A stretch of 64,000 nt of DNA from an uncultured Desulfobacter sp. (GCF_963665355.2 NZ_OY762228.2:1546120-1610119); one strand, 5' to 3'; positions 25,598 through 35,537 are shown, counted from the stretch's first letter. Program-made: numbers and translations. Notes: generated by a model not told the origin, from the sequence alone.

Positions 25598-26716
25598 ATG
25601 TATCAACTGAGCCTTGTCATTCCGTGCTTCAATGAAGAAAATACCCTGGAGGCCTGCATCCACCGGGTGCTGGACGTTTCCGACATTAATTTTGAAATCA
25701 TCATCGTTGACGATGCATCAACCGATGAAAGCCTTAACATCGCAAGGCGCCTTGAAAAAGAACATCCCCAGATTCGTGTTCTGTCCCACAGCAAAAACCA
25801 GGGAAAGGGAGCAGCCCTGAGAACCGGATTCAAGGAAGCTCACGGGGATTTTATTGCAGTCCAGGATGCTGATCTTGAATATAACCCCATGGAGTTGAAA
25901 AAGTTGGTTACCCCCCTGGCAGAAGGGTATGCAGATGTGGTTATGGGATCAAGATTCCTATCCACGGAACCCAGACGGGTGTTATATTTCTGGCACGCCA
26001 TGGGAAACAGATTTTTAACCTTTCTTTCCAACATGTTCACCGATCTCAATCTCACCGATATGGAAACCTGTTACAAGGTTTTCAAAAAAGAGGTGATTCA
26101 AAATATCAACATCCGGGAATCCCGGTTTGGTGTCGAGCCGGAACTGGTTGCCAAAATTGCCCGGATGCGGCTGCGCATCTACGAGATGGGCATTTCATAC
26201 AAGGGACGCACCTATGAGGAAGGTAAAAAAATAGGCATCAAAGACGGGCTTTGGGCCATATACTGTATTTTGCGCTACAATGCCCACAGCGCGCCCTTAC
26301 CCGTCCAGTTTTGTCTGTACCTTATGATCGGCGGGTTTGCCGCAACAGTGAACCTGTTATGCTTTCTTGGCCTGTTTCATGCCGGGGCGGCCCCTGCGAT
26401 TGCTGCGGCCGTAGCCTTTGTTGTCGCGGCCGTGGTCAACTATTTTTTATGTATACTCATCATGTTTCGGCACAGGGCCAGATGGTCTTCCGGGACGGAA
26501 ATAGCCATATTTCTACTGGTTGTGGCAATAGTTTGCCTGGCAGATGTCAAAACGACTCAACTGATGATTGCTTTCGGGTGGGCACCGTGGCTGTCCAAGA
26601 TGAGTGCCAGCGCCCTGTGTCTGGTAATGAACTTTATGGGCAGGCGGTTCCTGGTCTTTCCGGAACGGCCCAAGGGGCCATGGGGAAAAAGCAATCCCAA
26701 TCTTTCTGGAAAGTGA
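25598..26716 (+). CDS. Family-2 glycosyltransferase fused to a GtrA-like membrane domain (polyprenyl-phosphate sugar synthase-like)
   Basis: LSLVIPCFNEENTL…IIVDDASTDES…VQDADLEY (GT2 DxD region), followed by four TM helices of GtrA type. Confidence 0.8.
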   Translation: MYQLSLVIPCFNEENTLEACIHRVLDVSDINFEIIIVDDASTDESLNIARRLEKEHPQIRVLSHSKNQGKGAALRTGFKEAHGDFIAVQDADLEYNPMELKKLVTPLAEGYADVVMGSRFLSTEPRRVLYFWHAMGNRFLTFLSNMFTDLNLTDMETCYKVFKKEVIQNINIRESRFGVEPELVAKIARMRLRIYEMGISYKGRTYEEGKKIGIKDGLWAIYCILRYNAHSAPLPVQFCLYLMIGGFAATVNLLCFLGLFHAGAAPAIAAAVAFVVAAVVNYFLCILIMFRHRARWSSGTEIAIFLLVVAIVCLADVKTTQLMIAFGWAPWLSKMSASALCLVMNFMGRRFLVFPERPKGPWGKSNPNLSGK

Positions 26717-27099
26717 CCTTCAGTATAACGGCCATGGGCCGAGCCAGACATATCATCTGTCAGGCTTCGACCCACAACAAAGGTTGAAAGATCTGAGTAG
26801 CTTACCCAGTCTTTCATATAAAAAAATGCATACGCAAGAAGGAAACATGAACTTCTCTTGTGTCAGTTGCCAATATGATTGGTGGATTTGATAACCGCTC
26901 CTCTGATATTTTCTACATTATATGTGTTGACCCCAAATAACGCAGAATGATCTTTGCATTCCAGGCAGCTCTGGGATAAGCTTGGACCATTATGCATGAA
27001 AGTCTCTGGGTTGTGAATTTGAGAGGTTCATATTTGCCCGGGGGATTTTCATGTTTTTTATCTTAAACACCGAGCATTGAGCATTTAAAGGAAAAGGTC

Positions 27100-28572
27100 A
27101 TGCCCGATAATCAAAATCTGGAATATAACCCCGTTGTGTCTGGTTTCCATCATGCCGATGGGCCAATGAACATCCCTTTGAATGAGGCAAAAAACCGGTT
27201 CGGCATGTTTCCAAGCCAGTTCGGATATCTTACGAAAACAAAAAGAAACAACCAGAAACGCAATGAAAGCAAAGTTCTGAACCTGAAACTGGGTTATTTC
27301 ATAAAAGAGTTGCTCGGGCCAAAGAAAAAGAACCTGAAAAAAGATGTGTATAAGTTTTACGCCGCCTGGCACCGGGATTATAAAACAGAGTTTGAGGTCA
27401 ATATGCCGGCGTTTTATAATCTTAACGACGCGGTTGAATTGAAAAAAAACATCCGGGCCAATTGGAATGTCCTGCAAAGGATTTCACAAATTGACATCAG
27501 AAAAGAGATTGAACGCTCGGGATTAATAAAAAAAAGCACTCTTTATTCGATCAAGCCAACTGATGTTTTAATACCCAAGTTGTCTGAAATACTGTTAAAA
27601 AGGATGGTGTCTGCCACTGGGGAAAGAGTGACGAAGATAAAAGAGATTCTCAATCTTTTACAGGCGCACGCCCTGGTAGAACAGGCAAACCATTTGGCCG
27701 GCGCGCCTCTTATCTCCTTGGAAAAGGATATGATCGAGTGTTTTGCCGATGAGATCAGTTCTCTTTTGATGAAGCTGAACACCTTTATTCCCCTGGAGGA
27801 TGTGAAATCCCTGAAAGGGCGAACAGGCGTGGGTGTTGAATTTGAATACGCCACCCGGGATAACTCCTACCTGGAATTGGGAAAAGTCACAGGAGACTGC
27901 ACTGCGGACAAAAGATACGATCAGTCAAATGCAGATATTGAAAATATTTTCTGGACGGTCTTTTCCTGGATACTTGACCGGAATTATCAGATTTTAAAGG
28001 TGTACTATAATAATGAATTTGTAATGAAGGTTCATCTTCTGCCTTTGTTTGTTTCTGTTCCACAATGCCCGGGTGACTCCGATTATATTGCCCAGAACCG
28101 GTCGGATTTTATGATCCTGGCCGTGGATGCCATTGAAACCACCCTGGCCTTCAGCGGGAAGTTAAAGGCCAGGGAAAAAGACCCTTTGGTAGAGTGCAGA
28201 GATGAAATTTTTTCAAAAACCATGGCTTTTATCACGGATCTTGCCGACCGTCTGCACATCAGAGATGTTTATGCGGAAAAATTTTCCAATACCGCGTGGG
28301 TCCGGGACAAGCTTTGTGCCTATCCGGAAATCTTTTTTAATGTGGATCATTTAATTAAAATAGATGAGCTTGAAGATGTTTACTACCTGGTAAAAGAACT
28401 AAGCGCCCAATACGGGTATGATATTCCCCAGGCGGTTTTTATGGAAATACAGATGAAAAACACCTCACTTCTTCCCGGCTACATCAACAAGTCTCCCGGG
28501 CTGAAATCCTTTTCCCTTATCCGGGGCCGCACCGAGGACGGAATTAACATGAAACGGGTAATCGGGATATAG
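27100..28572 (+). CDS. Hypothetical protein, no recognisable domain
   Basis: 490-aa uninterrupted ORF with AAAGGAAAAGG upstream. Lys/Asn/Ile-rich, and the gene is AT-rich by eye. Confidence 0.6.
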   Translation: MPDNQNLEYNPVVSGFHHADGPMNIPLNEAKNRFGMFPSQFGYLTKTKRNNQKRNESKVLNLKLGYFIKELLGPKKKNLKKDVYKFYAAWHRDYKTEFEVNMPAFYNLNDAVELKKNIRANWNVLQRISQIDIRKEIERSGLIKKSTLYSIKPTDVLIPKLSEILLKRMVSATGERVTKIKEILNLLQAHALVEQANHLAGAPLISLEKDMIECFADEISSLLMKLNTFIPLEDVKSLKGRTGVGVEFEYATRDNSYLELGKVTGDCTADKRYDQSNADIENIFWTVFSWILDRNYQILKVYYNNEFVMKVHLLPLFVSVPQCPGDSDYIAQNRSDFMILAVDAIETTLAFSGKLKAREKDPLVECRDEIFSKTMAFITDLADRLHIRDVYAEKFSNTAWVRDKLCAYPEIFFNVDHLIKIDELEDVYYLVKELSAQYGYDIPQAVFMEIQMKNTSLLPGYINKSPGLKSFSLIRGRTEDGINMKRVIGI

Positions 28573-28671
28573 CAGGGGGATAAAAAAAACTTTACAATAA
28601 CAATATCCATGAATATAATAATGAACTTTCTAAAGTGTCGCGCAAATCCTATTAAAGAGAAGGACAACGCT

Positions 28672-29034
28672 ATGAAACAAGAAGATCTGGATTATTTTAA
28701 GGAGTTGTTGACTGAACGGCTCAGTGAGTTGCTTTCCCATGCGGACACAACTGTTACAGGCATGACCCAGCCCAACGAGAACTTTGCTGATCCTACGGAT
28801 CGGGCCTCCCATGAGGCGGAAAGAAGTTTTGAGCTGCGTATCCGGGACCGGGAGCACAAATTGATCAAGAAAATTAAAAATGCCCTGGAGCGCATTGAAA
28901 ACGGGACATTCGGGCGGTGTGACAGCTGTGAAGAGGATATCTCCATCGAACGGCTCAAGGCCCGGCCTGTAACGACCCAGTGCATTGCCTGTAAAACCCG
29001 TGAAGAAAACATGGAGAAGGCTCTGGGAATTTGA
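28672..29034 (+). CDS. dksA: RNA polymerase-binding transcription factor DksA/TraR family
   Basis: Coiled-coil with the acidic tip region (DPTDRASHEAE) and a C4 zinc finger (CDSCEEDI…CIAC). Start at ATG 28672 with a GAGAAGGA RBS. Confidence 0.85.
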   Translation: MKQEDLDYFKELLTERLSELLSHADTTVTGMTQPNENFADPTDRASHEAERSFELRIRDREHKLIKKIKNALERIENGTFGRCDSCEEDISIERLKARPVTTQCIACKTREENMEKALGI

Positions 29035-29061
29035 TTCCCCGTCACAGGCTTTGCGGCTGTT

Positions 29062-30621
29062 TTGATTGATCTTCACACACATTCCACTGCGTCGGACGGG
29101 TCCCTGACACCAAGGCAGATCCTCGACCTGGCCAGAGACACCGGCATTGAGGCGCTTGCCTTGACTGACCACGATACCATTGCCGGAATTCTGGAAATAA
29201 AAAATATTGTTCACTCATATCCGGTTGAATTTATCACCGGTGTTGAGATCTCCTGTGAGCCGCCACCCGAGTTCAAATCCCTGGGAAGCATCCATATGCT
29301 GGGATATGGATTTTCCGTTTATGATCCCCGGTTAAACGATGCCTTGGCCCGTGCGGCAGATGCCCGGGCCAACCGGAATCCCAAAATCATTGAAAAACTC
29401 AATCAGTTAGGCTTTGACATCACCCTGGACGAGGTGGAAAGCCGCTTCGGTACCCGCCAGACAGGCCGCCCCCACATTGCCGAACTTCTCGTGGAAAAAG
29501 GCTATGTGCCCGACTTCCGCAAGGCCTTTGATCTTTACCTGGGTAAAAACAAACCCGCCTATGTGGATAAATTCAAAATTTCCTGTGCCGACGCCATCCG
29601 GCTGATTCTTGATGCCGGCGGCCTGCCGGTTCTGGCCCACCCAGGAATTATTGAATTTAAACACTTCCATGATCTGGATACCTTTGTGAATATGCTGGTC
29701 AAGGATGGGCTTGCAGGCATTGAGGTCCATTATTCAGGGCACGATTCGGCGCTGAGAAAACATCTGTCTGACATTGTATCCAGCAAAGGGCTGGTGGCTA
29801 CGGGGGGATCGGATTTCCACGGCAGCTTTAACAAAGGTGTGGAGCTTGGCCGGGGCAGAGGCGATTTGAATGTGGACATGTCCGTGTTCAAAACATTGAA
29901 CGACCGGTTGATGGAGATCCAGGCCATTCCCCGCCCGGACCTTCTTGAACAAAACCTTGATTACCGGTTTCAGTCCCGCGCCTTTTTATCCGACGCCCTG
30001 TGCCATCGCTCCTATCTCAATGAAAATCCGGGTACCTGCACAACGGATAATGAACGCCTTGAGTTTCTCGGCGATGCGGTGCTCGGGCTGTGTGTCGGTC
30101 ACCTGCTGATGGAAAAAGACCCATTGAAAAAAGAGGGCGAGCTCTCCAGGCTGCGATCAACCCTTGTCAGTGAAACAGGGCTTTCGCACATTGCCCGCAA
30201 GATTGATCTGGGCCGGTTTATCAGCCTGGGCAGGGGAGAGTCTCTTTCAGGCGGCGGTGACAAAAATTCAATTCTGTCAGATGCCTTTGAGGCTGTGGTG
30301 GCTGCAGTGTATCTGGATGCCGGATTTGACAGGGCCCAAACCATGGTGAACCAGCTTTTTAACGAGCCTGTGCAGCAACTGCTGGCATCTTCCGATTTCG
30401 TTGACTATAAAAGCGGGCTCCAGGAATTTACCCAGGAACATTTCGGCACAACCCCGGAATACATCCTGACCCAGGAAAAAGGCCCGGACCATGATAAAAC
30501 CTTTGAGGTTTGTCTGAACCTGGATACGGTTTCCACCATGGGTACGGGGAAGACCAAAAAAGCAGCTGAACAGGATGCTGCCAGAAAAGCGCTGGCTATT
30601 TTGAACCGGGACTCCGACTAA
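29062..30621 (+). CDS. rnc: PHP-domain phosphoesterase (TrpH/YciV-like) fused in frame to ribonuclease III
   Basis: Residues 1-~285 are MIDLHTHSTASDGSL…LTDHDT…GGSDFHG (PHP/TrpH family). Residues ~300-519 are ALCHRSY…NERLEFLGDAVL…LSDAFEAVVAAVYLD (RNase III catalytic domain) plus a C-terminal dsRBD (KSGLQEF…GKTKKAAEQDAARKAL). Single ORF with a TTG start. Confidence 0.8.
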   Translation: MIDLHTHSTASDGSLTPRQILDLARDTGIEALALTDHDTIAGILEIKNIVHSYPVEFITGVEISCEPPPEFKSLGSIHMLGYGFSVYDPRLNDALARAADARANRNPKIIEKLNQLGFDITLDEVESRFGTRQTGRPHIAELLVEKGYVPDFRKAFDLYLGKNKPAYVDKFKISCADAIRLILDAGGLPVLAHPGIIEFKHFHDLDTFVNMLVKDGLAGIEVHYSGHDSALRKHLSDIVSSKGLVATGGSDFHGSFNKGVELGRGRGDLNVDMSVFKTLNDRLMEIQAIPRPDLLEQNLDYRFQSRAFLSDALCHRSYLNENPGTCTTDNERLEFLGDAVLGLCVGHLLMEKDPLKKEGELSRLRSTLVSETGLSHIARKIDLGRFISLGRGESLSGGGDKNSILSDAFEAVVAAVYLDAGFDRAQTMVNQLFNEPVQQLLASSDFVDYKSGLQEFTQEHFGTTPEYILTQEKGPDHDKTFEVCLNLDTVSTMGTGKTKKAAEQDAARKALAILNRDSD

Positions 30622-30629
30622 GGGCTTTG

Positions 30630-31706
30630 ATGTCGGCGCCCCTGGTCATTCCTTTTTTTATTCCCCACCAGGGATGCCCCCATTTGTGCGTTTTCTGTAA
30701 CCAGCGCCTGATCGCAAAACAGACGTCAAACGAGCAATCATTCGACAGCGAGGCACAGCGCCTGTCTGCTGTCATTCATACCTATCTTCAGTTTAAAAAA
30801 AACCGTGACCAGGTGGAACTGGCCTTTTTCGGCGGTAACTTTCTGGGACTGGAAACAGCCAGGGTTCTTGCATTGCTTGGGGAGGTGCAGCCATGGATCC
30901 GCCAGGGACAGATCCATAAAATCCGCTGTTCCACACGTCCGGATACCGTCACCCAAAAGATTCTGGATCTTGCCCGTCCCTTTGGCCTTGAAACCGTAGA
31001 GCTGGGAGTCCAGTCCATGGATGACAGTATCCTTGCTCTGGCCGAAAGAGGTCACACAAGTGAGGATACCCGACAAGCCCTGGCCCTGCTCAAAGAAAAT
31101 GGCCTGAATACAGGGGTGCAGGTGATGATTGGATTGCCCGGCGATGACGATGCGGGGGCAGTGCGGACAGCCCGAGAACTGGCTGAACTGGGGCCGGATT
31201 TTGCCAGAATTTACCCCCTGCTGGTGCTGAATGGCTCCCGCCTTGCCCAGTGGTACCGCTCCGGGCGATATGTGCCGTTAAGTCTTGACCAGGCTGTTGA
31301 CCAGACAAAAAAAATGGTGGCGATTTTCAGGCGTGCGGGGGTGTCTGTGACGCGTATAGGCCTGCAGGCCACACAGATGATGGATGATGCGGATCAGATG
31401 ATCTCTGGCCCCTGGCACCCGGCGTTTGGCCATCTGGTTTTATCATCTCTTATGTTTGATCAGGCCTGTAAAAAAATTGACAGGCTTCTGGATGGGCTCA
31501 CAGAAAAGAATGAAAACCCTGAAAAGCCGCGCAATCTGGTTCTTCAGGTAAACCCTAAATCCCTTTCCCGTCTCCAGGGCAACAGGAAAGCCAATCTTGG
31601 TCGACTGACCCAAAGATATCCGAAGCTCTCTTTTACCATTGAACGGATTGAAACCCTGGATCCGGAGCAGGTTGATGTATGTATTTTTAATGGTCAATAC
31701 AGATAG
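30630..31706 (+). CDS. Radical SAM protein (ELP3-like core, no acetyltransferase domain)
   Basis: CPHLCVFC is a CxxxCxxC cluster near the N-terminus. The body is TIM-barrel-like. Starts 9 nt after the rnc fusion ends. Confidence 0.7.
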   Translation: MSAPLVIPFFIPHQGCPHLCVFCNQRLIAKQTSNEQSFDSEAQRLSAVIHTYLQFKKNRDQVELAFFGGNFLGLETARVLALLGEVQPWIRQGQIHKIRCSTRPDTVTQKILDLARPFGLETVELGVQSMDDSILALAERGHTSEDTRQALALLKENGLNTGVQVMIGLPGDDDAGAVRTARELAELGPDFARIYPLLVLNGSRLAQWYRSGRYVPLSLDQAVDQTKKMVAIFRRAGVSVTRIGLQATQMMDDADQMISGPWHPAFGHLVLSSLMFDQACKKIDRLLDGLTEKNENPEKPRNLVLQVNPKSLSRLQGNRKANLGRLTQRYPKLSFTIERIETLDPEQVDVCIFNGQYR

Positions 31707-31867
31707 TTACGGTGTGGCTGCGGATATTTTCTGCTTTAGAAGTCTTCCGTGTAAAAAGTTTTCTTGCTCAGTCATTATTCATTTCTGAGGTTGATTTTTA
31801 CAGCCCATAATGTTTAATTTTTCCTGTTTCTTAAAAAGAGCAGAATTTAACTTGGGAACTCACATTT

Positions 31868-34573
31868 ATGCTGGTAACATCCAGGATTCATTCCCTGACA
31901 TTGCCGCTATTGATATTTGGTCTTATATCGATGTCTGCTTTACCTTGGCTTTTTGTCGGTGAACTTTTTGCCCAGCCTCTTTTGGTAGATCAGCGGCCGA
32001 AAGTACAGTTGTCAGCTGAAGAGCAGGCTTTTTTGAAAGAACACCCTTGTATTGTCATCGGCATTGAAAAAGAGTGGATGCCTTCGGCCATCGTCCGTAA
32101 GGACGGTTCCATTGTCGGATATGATATTGATATCCTGAACCTGGTCAACCAGAACACAGGGGCAAATTTTACTGTGCACCTGGACCATTGGCATACGCTT
32201 ATAGAAGACGCTCAAAGCAGAAAAATTGACGGTTTAGGCGATATCGTTCCAACAGAGCAAAGAGAACAATATTTAAATTTTTCCCTTGAATACTGCCGTC
32301 TTTTAAGGATGGTGATTGTCCTGAAAGGCAACCCCCATGATATTAAGAGCTGGAATGATCTTAAACACAGACGGATTGCAATTCAAAAGGGCAATCAGCT
32401 GGATGAAAAAACAGTCCGGAAGGTGCCCACCGCAACTATTATTTGGACAGATACCGCAGCAGAACAGATAAACGCACTGATTCAGGGCAAAGCAGATGCA
32501 ATATTCGGCAGCGGGGTCTACATGTACCTGGCCGGCAAACTAGGCATCACCACATTGCAGTTTGCCTTTGCCATGGATGATGCACTTTCCGTGCATTACG
32601 CCCTCCGCAAGGACTGGCCTTTGGCATTAAGCATCATGAACAAAGGCCTTGGGGCGATCCCCAGGGACAAATATAATCGTATTTATACCAAATGGCTCGG
32701 CTATATTTCTGAAGAACCGTTTGACTACGTTCGTCTTATGGAATTTGTGATTCCGGTGGTCCTGGCCGTGGCAATCTGTCTGATACTCTATTTTAAGAAA
32801 ATCAATCGTCAACTTTTATCTGTCCAGAGAGCGCTTAAAAAAGATATAGTGGGCCGCAAAAAAGCCCAGGCCGAACTTGACTGGGAATCCCGGGTGAATA
32901 AGGCCCAGGCCGAACTGGGCAACGCCCTGATCTCCCTGGGCCAGGGTATTGACGATATTGCCTCAAAGGTGCTGTCAAGTGCCCAGGCCTTAACCCTCAG
33001 CGAATACGGTTTTGTGTCGGAAATTGACCGGGACACGTTTGAATGCAGGATATATTCGCAGACCAGCATGTTCGGAGATTCGTTCAATACACCGGAATCA
33101 AACAAAATAATAAGTTTCCCCAGAGGGGAGGACGGACTGTATCCGGGCCTGTGGGGGCATGCCCTGAACACAGGCATCGCATTTTACACCAATTCTCCCA
33201 ATACGCATCCTGAATCCAAAGGCCTGCCCCAGGGCCATCTACCCCTGGACCGGTTTTTATCATTGCCGGTAAAATACGGGGGGGCCATCACAGGGCTGAT
33301 TGCCCTGGCCAACCCGCCCGTTGACTTCAATGACCGCCATATCGCAGCTGTTCAGCAACTGGCAGATCTCTATGCCCTGGCCATCCAGAGAAACCACAAC
33401 CAGGAGGATGGAAAATACATTGAAGATCAGCTTCGCCAGGTACAGAAAATGGAATCTTTAGGTACTCTGGCCGGAGGAATTGCCCACGATTTCAACAATA
33501 TTTTATCCGTCATCATCGGCCACTCTGAACTGGCACTTTTAGCGGTGGAAAAGGGTAAAAACAACACAGCTTCAATCAAACAGATTCTCAAGGCCGGGGA
33601 CCGGGCCAAGGGACTGGTGGAACAGATTCTGGCCTTCAGCCGGAAAATGGAGCCCGTTCTTCGGCTCATTGACCTGAACCAGGTCATTAGAGAGACCGAA
33701 GAGTTACTGAAACGGACTTTTTCCAGAATGATCATTATCAGTGTTGACTTGTGTGACGATCTGTGGCCGATAAATGCCGATGCCGGCAATATGACCCAGG
33801 TATTGATCAACCTGTGTACCAACGCCCAGGATGCCATGCCTGACGGGGGCAGGCTCACCATTGAAACGGAAAACATTATTCTGGACACCCAGGCCGCATC
33901 CCACCTTGCCGGGATGGACCCCGGCAATTTTGTTTGCCTTGGCGTTTCAGACACAGGCTGCGGAATAGACCCAAAAACAATGGAGCATATTTTTGATCCT
34001 TTCTTTACCAGCAAGGAAGTGGGTAAAGGCACAGGACTGGGTCTTTCAACGGTTTACGGCATAGTCAAAAGCCATGGCGGCCATATCATTTGCCACAGTG
34101 AACCGGATTTAGGAACCACCTTTAAAATTTATCTGCCGGCCATACCACCCCAACGCGGGTCTGAAAAATTGACTGATACCGAAAATAAAAACATCCAGGG
34201 CGATGATGAAACCATTCTACTGGTGGATGATGAAGAACAACTCCGGGATATCGGCAAACTGCAGCTGGAACGCTGGGGATACAGGGTCATCACGGCGGCC
34301 AGTGGCGAAGAGGCCCTTGATTTTTACCAACAACACATCGAAGAGATTAATCTGGTTATTCTGGATATCAGCATGCCGGGAATGGGCGGGCATAAAGCAC
34401 TTAAAGCGTTACTGAAGTTAAACCCCGGCCTTAAAGTGATCATCTCCAGCGGTTATTCTCTATACGGACAGTTAAATGATGTTCAGAATAACGGGGCTGC
34501 GGGGTTTATTGCCAAACCGTTCAGCGCCGGGGAGATGCTTCGAAAAATAAAAGAGGTGCTTGGCCAGCCATAA
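31868..34573 (+). CDS. Hybrid sensor histidine kinase (periplasmic SBP-like domain, GAF-like, HisKA, HATPase, REC)
   Basis: Signal/TM, a solute-binding-protein-like domain, TM, H-box GGIAHDFNNIL, then DTGCGI and GTGLGLS, and a receiver domain (DISMPGMGG). Confidence 0.85.
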   Translation: MLVTSRIHSLTLPLLIFGLISMSALPWLFVGELFAQPLLVDQRPKVQLSAEEQAFLKEHPCIVIGIEKEWMPSAIVRKDGSIVGYDIDILNLVNQNTGANFTVHLDHWHTLIEDAQSRKIDGLGDIVPTEQREQYLNFSLEYCRLLRMVIVLKGNPHDIKSWNDLKHRRIAIQKGNQLDEKTVRKVPTATIIWTDTAAEQINALIQGKADAIFGSGVYMYLAGKLGITTLQFAFAMDDALSVHYALRKDWPLALSIMNKGLGAIPRDKYNRIYTKWLGYISEEPFDYVRLMEFVIPVVLAVAICLILYFKKINRQLLSVQRALKKDIVGRKKAQAELDWESRVNKAQAELGNALISLGQGIDDIASKVLSSAQALTLSEYGFVSEIDRDTFECRIYSQTSMFGDSFNTPESNKIISFPRGEDGLYPGLWGHALNTGIAFYTNSPNTHPESKGLPQGHLPLDRFLSLPVKYGGAITGLIALANPPVDFNDRHIAAVQQLADLYALAIQRNHNQEDGKYIEDQLRQVQKMESLGTLAGGIAHDFNNILSVIIGHSELALLAVEKGKNNTASIKQILKAGDRAKGLVEQILAFSRKMEPVLRLIDLNQVIRETEELLKRTFSRMIIISVDLCDDLWPINADAGNMTQVLINLCTNAQDAMPDGGRLTIETENIILDTQAASHLAGMDPGNFVCLGVSDTGCGIDPKTMEHIFDPFFTSKEVGKGTGLGLSTVYGIVKSHGGHIICHSEPDLGTTFKIYLPAIPPQRGSEKLTDTENKNIQGDDETILLVDDEEQLRDIGKLQLERWGYRVITAASGEEALDFYQQHIEEINLVILDISMPGMGGHKALKALLKLNPGLKVIISSGYSLYGQLNDVQNNGAAGFIAKPFSAGEMLRKIKEVLGQP

Positions 34574-34582
34574 TTTAATACC

Positions 34583-35368
34583 ATGAGAGTCTTATCTGCC
34601 ATAATCACAGTTCTGTTTCTTTTTTCAGTGTTTCCGGCATTTGCCCTTGAGAGGGCAGAGCTCCAGGCCCAGGATTCATATATGGCTGCCCTGGTGTCAA
34701 AAGTAAAGTCTTCCACTGTATCTGTGGGAACCTATTACTATAACGATGTGCCCACAACCCGGTTTAACGGCACCGGTTTTGCCATTGGAGACGGAAAAAG
34801 AATCGTCACAAACTACCATGTGATCCAGCCCATCATAGAAAAAGACCGCATGTTCCATCTGCGCATTTTTCACAAGGAGATGCCCACTAAAGGGGTCAAG
34901 GCTGTCCTGGCAGCAGAAGACCAGTTCCATGACCTGGCCATTCTTATCATGGACGGCCGGGTCGACCCGTTGCCCATGGCAGAAGACAACACGCTAAAGG
35001 AAGGCCATCGCATCGCCTTCACAGGATATCCCATCGGTTTTGTTCTCGGCCTGAATTCAACGACCCATACAGGCATTGTGTCCGCCATCACACCGGTTAT
35101 CCTGCCAAGCCCCCATGCCAGCCTGATCAAAGGGGCGTTGGTCAAACACCTTGAAGCCCCCTGGGACATCATCCAGATTGATGCCGTGGCCTATCCGGGA
35201 AACAGTGGCAGCCCGGTATACAGGATCGCCACAGGGGAAGTGGTCGGCGTCCTTAATAAAGTATTTGTCAAAGGTAAGAAAGAGCATGTTCTCAAGGAGC
35301 CGTCCGGACTGACCTATGCCGTTCCGGTTGAGTTTGTCCGAAAGCTTAATAACTCCATCCGGAAATAA
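34583..35368 (+). CDS. Secreted trypsin-like serine protease (S1 family, no PDZ)
   Basis: Signal peptide and a catalytic triad context of NYHVI, HDLAIL and GNSGSPV. Confidence 0.8.
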   Translation: MRVLSAIITVLFLFSVFPAFALERAELQAQDSYMAALVSKVKSSTVSVGTYYYNDVPTTRFNGTGFAIGDGKRIVTNYHVIQPIIEKDRMFHLRIFHKEMPTKGVKAVLAAEDQFHDLAILIMDGRVDPLPMAEDNTLKEGHRIAFTGYPIGFVLGLNSTTHTGIVSAITPVILPSPHASLIKGALVKHLEAPWDIIQIDAVAYPGNSGSPVYRIATGEVVGVLNKVFVKGKKEHVLKEPSGLTYAVPVEFVRKLNNSIRK

Positions 35369-35537
35369 ATTTTTTACGCATACAACAGCCTGGGTACGGA
35401 TGGAAAGGGTTACGGATTTTGTGCCGGCATATGGGTGGCGTTGTGATACATGACCACAACGCCACAATCTCCAAAGCGAAAAAAACTTCTATAAGACTTG
35501 TACCAAAGGAGACAGGATAGAGGACTCTGCTACAACA

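Noticed and set aside
26251-26787. 178-aa alternative-frame ORF overlapping the 3' half of the GT2-GtrA gene
   Set aside because: It lies on the same strand in a different frame, within the GtrA-like TM region that is clearly coding in the annotated frame. Its translation is Arg/Cys/Gly-rich and lacks any motif.
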